DNA of 64,000 bases from positions 190,967-254,966 of the forward strand of contig NW_003314357.1 in the NCBI RefSeq assembly GCF_000143415.4, read 5' to 3'. A model generated the notes under the pieces. That model was not told the origin of the DNA and ran no database searches. It was given only the letters and a program-made list of their open reading frames with translations. This stretch comes from Selaginella moellendorffii. Its lineage: Eukaryota > Plantae > Lycopodiophyta. The first letter of the stretch is position 1; every line of letters begins with the position of its first letter. Of this stretch, positions 36,287 to 48,000 are shown piece by piece. The translations under genes and the position numbers were made by a program.

Positions 36287-37212
36287 CTGTAAGAGGAATC
36301 AAAGAAGTTGAAGAAAGCGAAGCTCCATCTGAAGGAAGATATAATAAAATAACATTAAATTTTAGTATCTTTAAAACTAAGAATAGTTTGCTAAATCAAT
36401 TTTAGTCTTCCAAAACATCCATCGAAAATATGTTTCTTTTATAATAATTTTCTTAAAAAGAGATTTATATTTTATATTTTATGTAGATAATGTCATTCTA
36501 TAGTATTTAATAAAGCCAAAAATTTCATAGAGTTCGAATGAAGCAGTGGTTCTTGCAATATAAAATATATTTTAATTATTCATGTATATAGTAGTACGTT
36601 AAATCTAATTTTATAAGTTTAAGTTTTATGTAATTTAAAATCTAGGTTTGAACAATCTAATCTATAATACAAGAGAATGATGAAGTAGAGTGGATAAAAT
36701 GAAAAAAAATAACACTTTACTCAAAAATGATATGTTTTATACAACAAAGTATATTTTTTAGAAATGTAAATACAAAATAAATTTACTTATATATATATAA
36801 AATGTTATTATATTACTGTAAATATATTATCATATATAAAATATGTTAATATTATTATCTACATAGTAATGTGATAGATCTATGTTTTTAATTAATAATT
36901 TATTATATAATTTAAATCTTTTTATAACTGGTATTTATTTTTAAAAATAATTTAGACTCATATGGTCTCACTTCTTGAAGTTGTCCATGCTTAAAATAAT
37001 TTTATGGAGAAATTTTATAAGTAATTTTATGTTTTCCATACAATTATTTATAAACTTTAAAAGAACTACTTAACAAAGTACCTATTGCTGGAGAAGTAGA
37101 AGGTACAAAGCTGATCAATCTAGCCAATGCTTACTTGATGGGAACTTTAAACTGTGGGTTCCTTATTACGAGGAGCTTGCTGAGCTTATCGTTGTCCATC
37201 ATTGTGGATTTT

Positions 37213-37216
<4 letters not shown>

Positions 37217-37261
<45 letters not shown>
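37217..37261. repeat. (TA)n microsatellite
   Basis: Perfect TA run. Another lies at ~59627-59666. Confidence 0.95.
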
Positions 37262-37265
<4 letters not shown>

Positions 37266-37843
37266 AAATTAAGGTATGATATATTGTACTCTTAGTATAA
37301 TGTGTTGGTTGATATGACCATAAATAATTCACAAACCCTAATCTTTCTATGAAAATCCTTAATCCTAACAAGGATTTATGGATTTGTATTGCAAATTGTT
37401 TTTCTTTTATGTGTATTTATGTAAAAATATCCCTTTTGCAATTACTCTCTTGAAGAGTTATTTATAATAATAAGGTTTTCTTCAAAACTTTTGGCATTTC
37501 AAAGATGATGACATAAAGGAAAAGGAAATAAGAAAATTAAATAGCCAGGTAAAATTAAAAGTAATTACATCTAACCAACATGAGTATACAATTGTGTATC
37601 AAAATAATTGCTAGGAATTTCATTAAATTATTTAGTTTCAGTAATGTATTAGTCCAATTCACTACTAATTGTTATAACACTTCAAAAATTAACAAAGTAT
37701 AGCTTCACTACTTCAATTTCTTAGTGTAGTTTAACTTCACTGTATTTTTAAATTGGAATGCATAGTTTTATCATAAAGCATTAGTACCGCTTTTTGTCTT
37801 AATACAAACATTATATCTCTAATATAATTATTATTTTTGGATG

Positions 37844-40800
37844 TGTGAGGGCCAAGTGTACGGTTACGATGCCGTATACTAATATTAGTATAGTGGGATT
37901 TTGGTAGCCGTCGGATTGGTTTTAATCTAGACCACTCGCTCCTATATGGTTTTTGGGCTAATTAATATGCATATTTCTATATTCCCCTTCCATATTCCAA
38001 GCACTATTCCAAGCACTCACATTGGTGGAGATAAGGGGCACCTTTGATTGTCCTTGAGAAGTGCTTGGATTTGGGATTTTGGTTTAGATCTAGCTTTTGC
38101 ATTGTCTAGATTTAGCTTTTTCCATTTCCTTCTTTTTGTTCTTTCCTTTCAGGATTTTGGTTTAGATCTAGCTTTTTGCATTGTCTAGATCTACCATTTT
38201 CTTCTAGCTTTTTGTCATTTCTCTTCTTTTGCTCTTTCTTTTTCATTTGTCTCTATGGCAGATCAACAATCTCCTCCTTTGACTCTCGACCAGTAGTTGG
38301 TCCAATTGCTTGATGCTATGTGCTTGCAATTGAACAACCAAACTCAATTGATGGCGGCATTCACGGCACGTGGTCCAACTCCTCCTGCTCTTGGTGCCAA
38401 TCCTCGCGTTCGGCCAAAGTTCTTTCGTGGGAATCCTGGGGATGATGTGTACCATTGGTTTGATCACTTCACGGTGATTGCTACATATCATTCTTGGGAT
38501 GATGCTCGACGGTTGCGTGAGTTTCCCACGTGTCTTCAAGGGACGGCGTTGCAGTGGTACAATGGTTTGAGCGCAGCCACTCGTGGGGATTGGAGTGTTC
38601 TCCCGGACGTCTTCAAAGGCGCCTTTGGACATGCCGATGATTGTGATGATGCTTTCCAACAATTGCATCATCTTCGCCAAGGGCCATCTGAGTCGGTGAT
38701 GCAATTTGGCGTTCGTTTCCGAAGTCTTTTGCTTTATGCGGAGCCAAATATGTCGGAGCGGATCAAGCTAGGAATGTTGTGGCCAGCACTTCGTCAAGAT
38801 CTTGTCGGACTTGTGCATGCACTTGCTCCTGCCACCCTTGACGATGCTCTTCGCTTGGCACAACGTTATAAGACGTCGCCTCTTCCACTTCTCGCTGCAC
38901 GTCCTTCTGCTCCACTTCCTATGGGTGATGGTCTTGTTCCAATGGAGGTTGATGCTGCTGCTGCTCGAGGCCAAGGACAAGTGCAAGGATGTGGTCATGG
39001 CCGTGATGTTCGCTGTTGGGCGTGTGATGAAGTTGATCATACTTATCGGCGTTGCCGTCGTTTTCCGGATTGGCGACCTCCATTTCCTAGGTGGAGACCT
39101 TGGCGTCAGCAACGTCCTGTGGGTGCTGCTGCAGTGGAAGGTCTGGACACCGAGATGCATCCGGGAAATGAGGAGTCGTGCGAGTAACGGAGGGACCTTG
39201 TGCAAATAAGTTAGTGACCCCTCCATCTTTCTTTCGGGAGTATCATCAAGGGGTTCACTCGGCACCGGTTCATCCAGTGTTTACTTTCCAAGCTCGTTTT
39301 TATAACAAGAGGTCTCCTATTATTCTCTCCGTATTGGTTGATACAGGTTCGAGTTTATCTTCTATTGCTCGACCTGTTGCCACACATTGTCGTTTACACT
39401 TGCGTCGTGCGGCGGAACCAATTTTCATTCTTTATGGCAACAGCCGTACACATGCATGTGCATGGGATGAGGTGGACCTAGTTGTGCGTGTGGGTGATCT
39501 CGAGCTTGAGTTGCAGCCGTTGCGGGTGGTGCCGAGTCAAGCTTTTGACCTCATTCTTGGTATGGATTGGTTGCAGCGCAATCATGCCAAGTGTGACTTT
39601 GAGGCTTCTCCCCCTTGTCTCATACTTCCTTATGTTTCATCCATTCCTCTCACTTCCATACCTCTTCGTCCCTCTACTTCTACCTCTGCTTCTATTACTT
39701 TTGTTCCCCCACTCTTTCCTTTTGTGTTTCCATCTTGTTCTGTTTTTCCCTTTTCTGATCCCTCTGACGATCTTTGTGTTGCAGCAGTTGACCGGCTCAT
39801 GAAGGAGTATTCTGATCTCTTTGAATTTGACTTATCGTTTGGGGCCAAGATTGCCACACGTCATCCGATTCCAACCGGGGATGCTCGTCTAATCAAGGTT
39901 CCTATTCGTCGTCGGTCACCTAAGGAGATCAAGATTTTATGAGCAAACGTCAAGGAAATGCTAGAGAAGGGTGTTATTCGGAAGTCGCGGAGTCCTTGGG
40001 CATATGAACCTCATCTTGTGACGAAGCCTGATGGGAGTATTCGTTTCTGCATTGACTATCATCCATTAAACGAAGTGACGATCCCAGATGTGTATCCTCT
40101 TCCTCACACTGCTAATCTCTTGGATCGTCTGGGGCGAAGTCGTTGGTTCACCAAGCTAGATCTTGCTTCTGGGTATTGGCAAGTACTGATGGCCGAAGAA
40201 GATATTCCTAAGACTGCTTTTCGTACACCATTTGGTTTGTACGAGTTCTTGGTGATGCCGTTTGATTTGAACAATGCTCCAGCAACTTTCCAGTGGATGA
40301 TGGACGAGGTTCTTTGTGATATGCCAGAGGTGACTGCTGACTTCATTGATGATGTCTTGATCCACTCGGAGGGGACGTGGGAGGATCACGTTCGTGATGT
40401 TTGTAAAGTGTTGAATCGGCTACGCGATGTTGGTTTAAAGCTGAAGTGGTCAAAGTGCGTGTTTGGGTCCAAGGACACAACTTATCTTGGGTACCGTATT
40501 TCTCGTGAGGGTTTGCAAGTTGATCCTGACAAACTTATGGCTGTTCTAAAGTTCCCTACTCCGAAGTGTGTGAATGATGTGCAGCGCTTTTTGGGTAAGG
40601 TGCAGTATCTCAGTAGTTTTGTGGATCATCTTTCCGATTGCACTACACCATTGCGAGCGTTGCTGAAGTCATCAACGTCATCTTTCATCTGGTCTCCGGA
40701 TTGTGAGCGAGCGTTCATGGATCTCAAAGAACTATTGACGACTCCTCCGGTTTTGGCATATCCTGACTACACTCGACCTTTTATTTTGCGCGTGGATGCT

Positions 40801-42870
40801 TCTAACATTGGTCTTGGAGGTGTGTTGATGCAAGAGAGCTCGAGTGTGCCGGGTCAATGCCATCCTATTGCATACATAAGCCGTACATTACAACCAGCAG
40901 AGATGAACTACTCCACGATGGAGAAAGAGTGTTTAACAGCAATCTGGGGTTTCGAGAAACTTCATGCCTATCTACATGGTTCTCGGATGTTACTTGAAGG
41001 TGACCATGCTGCTGTTACTTCATTATTGAAGCGGAAAAACCTGGTTGGTCGTACGGCTCGATGGGCTTTGAAGTTTCAGATATATGATTTCGATGTTGTT
41101 CATCGCCCAGGGAGTTCTATGGCTGATGCTGATGCCCTTTCTCGAGCTCCTCTTCCTTCGCCACTCACTTCTCATATTTCTGACAAACCTGTTGTTCCAG
41201 CATCTGTGGATTTTCTAGATGAGGATTCTGTGCCGTCGGCGGTTGTTGTCCTTGACGTTTAGTGTCCACAAGGTGCAGAGCAAGATCTACCTTCTCTTGA
41301 TGAGGTTCGCGAGGCTCAAAAGATTGAGCCGTGGATTTAGAGGCTTCGAGATGGGTTTGAGAATCCTGCATCCCTTGCTGATGACTTGCCTTTCCGGCAT
41401 TTACATTCTCAATATTGCCTTGACGATGGCTTTCTTTATTTTGTGGGGACGGATCCTGATGATCATTTACGGCTGGTGGTGCCTTCGGTATTTATTCCGC
41501 GGTTTTTCCATGTATACCATGATTCTTCTATTCTAGGTGGGCATATGGGACACCGTCGTGTTACCGAGAAGCTGCGCAGGTTTTTCTATTGGCCGGAGAT
41601 GCAACGTGATATTATCCAGTATGTGCGTAGCTGCGTTTGGTGCCAAGCTTGTAATACTCCCCCTCGTGCTGCAGAAGGATGGTTGGAGTCAATTGCGGAT
41701 TCCCGTCCATTTGAGTTAATGGTGTTTGATCTTATGGGACCTTTTCCATGGTCGATTGCTGGCAATGAGTATATTATTATTGCTTCTGACTACTTGACTC
41801 GTTGGGTGGAAGTTGGTGCTCTTGCTAGCGCCTCTGCAATTGCTGTTGGATACTTCCTCCTCAATCGAGTGGTGTTCCAGCATTCTTGTCCAAAGCGGAT
41901 TCTTTCGGATAATAGTCCCGCATTTATGGCTGAGGCATTTCATGTTTTGACGTCTCGGTTGGGGATATGCCACACTTTCACGAGTGCTTATCATCCACAA
42001 TTAGACGGTCTGGTGGAACGGTTTGTTCGGACATTCAAAGGGATGATTGCGAAGTATGTGAACTTTCAGCATTCGGATTGGGATGGTTATTTGCTATCTC
42101 TTCGGTATGCATATGTTACAGGGGTGCAGAGTTCTGTTGGTGCTTCACCATATAAACTCCTATATGATCATGATCCAATATTACCAATGGAGCTGGGTTT
42201 ACCTTCGCGATTGCCACGTGCTACCGATGCTAGATCATGGGATCAGTATTTGACGAGCATTCTTCCACTTGTCCGAGCAGAGTCTGCCGAACACTTAGGC
42301 CGCATACAAGTGGGACAACAACGGTGCTACAACTCCCATCATTGTCCACCTGTGGAGTACAAAGTGGATGATTTGGTGTTAGTCCGTTTTCCCCATCTTA
42401 CGGTATGTGGTTTATCTAAGGGGCTTCTTGTGCAATGGAAAGGACCGTATCGAGTGTTGCGACAAATTAGACCACAAGTTTATGAGGTTCGGCATGACGT
42501 TCAGCAGGCCGATCCTCCAGAGATTGTGCATGTGCAGCGGCTAAAAAGCTTCGTACAAAGGGATCAGGAGGAGTTAATACCACCTACAGATCCACCAATG
42601 CCTCCTCCTGACATTCCTTCAGATCCCGGCCCATCTTCAAGAGAACCCTGATGGTCTTCCATTATCCCGAGAGGAGGGGATGATGTGAGGGCCAAGTGTA
42701 TGGTTACAATGCCGTATACTAATATTAGCGTAGTGGGATTTTGGTAGCCGTTGGATTGGTTTCAATCTGGACCACTCGCTCCTGTATATAAGCTAGGTTT
42801 TTTGGGCCAATTAATATGCACATTTTTGTATTCCCTTTCCATATTCCAAGCACTATTCCAAGCACTCACA
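37844..42870 (+). mobile_element. Full-length Ty3/gypsy non-chromovirus (element C) with short LTRs
   Basis: LTRs 37844-38021 and 42684-42870 (TGTGAG..CTCACA). 4-bp TSD GATG. PBS tggtggaga (tRNA-Ala-type). PPT gagaggagggga. Confidence 0.93.
38297..42651 (+). pseudogene. gag (38297-39187) and -1-frame pol (protease, RT, RNase H, integrase) of element C, with nonsense mutations
   Basis: gag PMEVD and decayed knuckle CWACDEVDHTYRRC; LVDTGS; FIDD; RVDAS; integrase GGHMG..CVWC, FDLMGP, SAYHPQLDGLVER, WKGPY; no chromodomain. Confidence 0.92.
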
Positions 42871-45040
42871 GATGTACATTTTCTCAAACACTTCTAATGT
42901 AGTGTGAATAGCTAGATAGATTTACTTATGTATATTTTTAAATGTAAAACTAAACACATAATTGAAATTCTATTATTCTTTAGTAAACTATGAAAGTTAG
43001 AGGCATCATTACAGTTCAGGTCTGCCAGGGAACTCAGATCTTCATGGTGGACAGATCTTGTGGAGAATTCAAGTTTGTCAAGCCCGACATTAAAGTTCCC
43101 GAGAGAGATATGTTAGAAGTTCTTTTCCTCGTTTCTTGGGGAAAATCTTGCTAACCTTGAAGCTATCCTCTCTCAGAACAAATCTATTATGTGAAATAAA
43201 TTTAAACCTTATGTAACTTTTTATTTATCTCCTTAATTACAACTTAGTTTCCTAAATATGATTTCTAAATCTTACTATTTCATTTGATTTGCTCTTGGCT
43301 TAAGAAGAATGATCAAATCAAACCCTCTAATCCCTGAAACCCCAAAGAAAAATGGACCTGCAAAAGATCACAACCATCATTGAGATGTGTCCGAGATGGA
43401 ATGTGTACCTCACAATGTGCAACATGACTTATATTTTTATGAACATTATAATGTGATTATATTCAGAATAGAGTTTTAATTATTGGTAATACATGAAAAT
43501 CACTTTTATATGTTGTAGTTATCCAGTTATTTAGATTAGTAAAATATGTAAAGGTTAGATAGGTGCTAGAAAATATTTGGCACATAAATCCTCACACCAG
43601 ATTACTGCAACATATCCCAGAATAATTGCATTTAAATTCTCAATATCTGCAATCTAAAATTTTAGAGGGGAAAATGTCATAATTGCAATTTGTAAAGGAA
43701 AATTGCATTTGAGACTCACACAAATGAGCACAAAAGAGCTAACAAGGCAAGTTTCTTATGCTCAAGTCTGATAGTCATTTTGCTGGTGTTTATATTACAA
43801 AACAAACAAATAAAAACATCAATTTTCTCTATATAATTCATTAATGAAGCTAAGAACTATTATTTCCCTCAAAAAGGCTTGGAAGAACCAAATTGAAGCA
43901 CCAGCTGCTGGTTGGTTTTATTTTTTTCTAGCAGCAAGGTTGTTTTTCTCTAGAGACAAATTGATCTTGAATCCCAGATTTTCCTACAGACACAATCAAG
44001 GCTATGTAAGGAATGCTGTGTAAGGGATTAGAGCATTGACTGTGGCACTAGATTCAACCAAGAGTATGGTTCTTAGCCACAAACACTTCAATGATGGCAT
44101 GGATTATTATCATAGCAAGGTCTATCACTGACTTAAAGGTATACAGCCATTTCTCCAAATGATCTTTACCACCTGTTGGATTTAGTTGCATGAGAATCCT
44201 CTAAGAACATTAAGAGCCTAAGTGCTAACATAAGTATCAAATTTGGACAAGCTGAGAGTTCCTTGTAGGAGGCTACAGAAAGAAACTTCAAACCATTACC
44301 ATATCAAGAGCAATGGCTTCACTTTCACTCAATGTTTCCCAAACCCCTTTTATGAAATTTAATGGATAAGCACCTGTCTTTAGAAACATTGAAAGCTAAA
44401 TCACATCCCCAATAAATCAAAACCTACTTTAATTTCCTAATAATGGGTAAACCAAAATAATCATACTCTTTCCAAACAAATATACTCTTTACTTGTAAAT
44501 TCAGTCATTGTTCTTCTCCTTGGTGGGGCACTTCTTTCTCTAAATACACACAAACTTTACACTATAATTAAAAATTGCTTTATGCTTGAATGAAAGTGGG
44601 CTTTTATTCCATGCATAAACTCAATACAATTTCTGCAAATGAGAAATATAAAAGAGTTACTTCTAATTAATAATTATTAGTATATTCTGTTTTCTTATTT
44701 ATTATAAAAGGTATTAGAGTTATTTTTATGCTCTTAATATGTTTTAAACTTATCAGCACTAAACATTATTCATAAAACTACTCTCTCCATTACTCATATA
44801 AAGTTTTACAACTATACTATAAACTATTTAAAACCTTTCATTTAAACAATTATTTTAATATCTAAAGGAGTCACTAAAAATTGTGTTTAAAATAATTCAA
44901 TATTCTTTTGGAATTTTGTCATATTTATTTTAATCTATATTTTCCAATGGAGCTGGAATCTCAGCATCATCATACTCATAATATTAACACTAAATTATTA
45001 AAATTAAACATAATTTTCTAGTACAAATGTTGCTTATAGT

Positions 45041-48000
45041 AGTCAAGACCCCTGACAAGATCAAGACTAGAAAATGCAAAAAGACAAAGAGAAAAGTTAG
45101 TGGAAACAAAGAAGAGGCCTTAGACTGGTGTTGATTTAGATTGTGGAGAAATGGAACAAGGCTAACTTATATATACTATAGGTTGATGAAGCTCCACCAC
45201 TCTTGGATCGAGGACGGCCTAAATATAGCTGAGGTCGAGGAGGTGCCACATCATCATCAGGAATGTGGCTCGAGACTCAGGAATCGGGAAGTGTCTCGAG
45301 AGTCAGGAATAGGGAAGTATCTCGAGAGTCAGGAATGTGGTCTACAGGTCAGGAATCCGGCGAGAGTCAAGAATGTGGCAAGAATTGGGGGATTCCTGAC
45401 AGCACCCCCTCCTCAAGAACGAGTGGAACGAGGATGTGAACGAGAACGAAGAGGAGGATGAGATGAGCGGCGAGGGATGGGAGATGGAGAAAAAGAATGA
45501 GGACTGGGACAAGAAGGATAGCGGCGGTGGAAGTCCTGAACAAGGTTAGGAGAATGAATCAGGTTGTCCGCAGGTTCCCAAGTGCGTTCCTCAGGTCTGT
45601 AACCCTTCCAATCCACCAGATAGTAGAGTTTAGACCATGAAATCTTGGAATCAAGGATGTCCTGAACCTCGTACTCAGACCCATCCTCGAGCTGCACTGG
45701 TGGAGGCGGAGGAATGACCCGATTTGGAATAAGACTGGGAATATAAGGCTCAAGGAGAGAGGAGTGAAAAACGGGTGAATTTGATATGAGGAGGGAAGTG
45801 CAAGGCGATAAGTGATAGGATTAATGATGGCAGTGATAGGGAAAGGACCAAGGCGTTTGAAATCAAGTTTTGGACAGGGCCTGGTGGTGGAGATATTTCG
45901 CCTGAGGAGCCAGACTTTATCCCCGATATTGTAAGGGGGACAATCCTGACGATGGACATTGGCAAATGTTTTATGAGATTCCTGAGCACAATGGAGGTAG
46001 AAGGAGATGGAGTTGTGGATTTCCTGGATGTTGGAGATAAATGCCTCAGAGCGGGGATTTGAACGAGAGGATTCAGATGGAGAAGGAAGTGAGAGATTGA
46101 ATTGGGGATTTCGGCCAGAGCTTGCAAAGAAGGGGGAAACTCGAAGAGAGGAGTGAACAAAGTTGTTATAGGAGAACTCAGCAAGAGGAAGGATATCAAA
46201 CCAGTTATCCTGATGATAGTTGATGAAGCACCTCAAGAATTGTTCCAACGTCTGAATCATTCGCTCGGACTGCCCATCAGTTTGAGGATGATATGCCGAA
46301 GAGAGGTTGGCCTTCACTCCAAGCAGCTGCAAAAACCGTTGCCAGAAATGAGAGAAGAACTGAGGCTCCCGATCCAAAACCACATCTGTAGGAATCCCAT
46401 GAAGTCGGAAAATTTCCCTGAATACCAGTTTTGCCATGTCCTCGCCCGAAAACTCCTTGGTACATGGCAAGAAGTGCGCCATCTTTGTGAAGCAACCCAC
46501 CACGACTAAAATGCTGTTGAAGCCTCCAGAACTCGAAAGATCACTCAAGATGGATTCCCAAGGACCTGAAGGGACCGGAAGGGAACGAAGCAAACCTGAA
46601 GGAAGGTGGCAAGGTACCTTATTCCGGGCACAAGTGTCACAGGAGGTAACAAAAGCTTTGATGTAGTCGTCCATGTGAGGCCACCAAAAGTCCCGTGCAA
46701 CTAGCTCATAGGTTTTTGCAATGCCGAAGTGACCAGCAGTCGGGCTATCGTGGCACGCCATCAGGACCAACCTTCGAGCATCACCTTCAGGAACGTAAAG
46801 CTGCTCCCCACGGTACAATAAACCATCTAAGAACTCGAACTCGTCAAATCGCCGGCAGTCGGGAGTCACTGGGTGTCCAGCCTGAAGATGGGGGAAAATG
46901 TCGCTAGTGAGATCATCGGATTGAAGATCGTTTCTGATTGCATCCATCAAGGAGGAGTCTTGAGGGGCCAGGGAAATTGCCATAACTTGAAGCCGATCAG
47001 GACCGAGGATAACTTGATCCTGTTGATCGAAGGCAGGATTACCAGGCCTGAGACTGAGATAGGAGTGCCTTGAAAGAGCATCAGAAAGGCCTTGAAACTT
47101 TCCAGGTCTGTACTTGATAACAAAGTCAAACCGACTTAGGAATTGTGCCCACCTTGCTTGACGATGGCTTAAAACTCGGGAAGTGGCAAAGTACTCGAGA
47201 TTTTTGTGATCCGTCCAGATTGTTGTTTGATGGCTCGCCCCCTCCAAGAAACGGCGCCACTCTCCAAAGGAATCCACGATGGCAAGGAGCTCCTTGTCGT
47301 GGATTTCGTAATTGATCTCCGCAGGCTGGAATTTCTGAGAATGGAAAGCGACCGGATGAAGTTTGTGATCCGCTCCGAGTTGAGACAGCACAGCACCAAT
47401 GGCAAAGTCGGAGGCGTCAGCCTCGATGAAGAAAGGTTGTGAGGAATCAACATGGATCAAGACAGGAGCAGAACTGAAGGCCGCCTTGAGTGTGTCGAAG
47501 GCCTGCTGGGCAGCAGCAGACCAAGAGAAGGGAACATCCTTGTGAGTGAGATGTGTGAGAGGAAGGACAATGTCAGAGTAGTGATCAATGAATTTGCGGT
47601 AGAAGTTGGCGAAGCCAAGGAAAACCTAAACGTCCGACATTGATTGTGGAGGCTCCCATTTGAGAATAGTCTTGACTTTGGCAGGATCCATCGTGATACC
47701 CTCAGGAGTGACAATGTACCCAAGGAACTCCATAGACTGCTGATCAAAGGAACATTTCTCAAGCTTTGCGTATAGGCCGTGTTCTCGCAGCTTCGCTAGC
47801 ACCTTGCGTACATGTTCGTCATGCTCCTCCTGAGTTTTTGAGTAGATGAGGATGTCATCAAGGTAGACGATCACCATCTGATCAAGAAACTCCCGAAAGA
47901 CATCGTTCGCCATGTGTTGGAAAACTGCTGGAGCATTTGTCAAGCCAAATGGCATGACAGTGTACTCGAAGTGGCCATAGCCGGTTCGGAACGCAGTCTT

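Larger units (their letters stand above)
32059..37129 (+). repeat. Segment duplicated in inverted orientation at 59319-63187
   Basis: The same ORF fragments appear on the opposite strand (e.g. 34171-34359 + vs 60870-61058 -), with internal indels. Confidence 0.92.
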
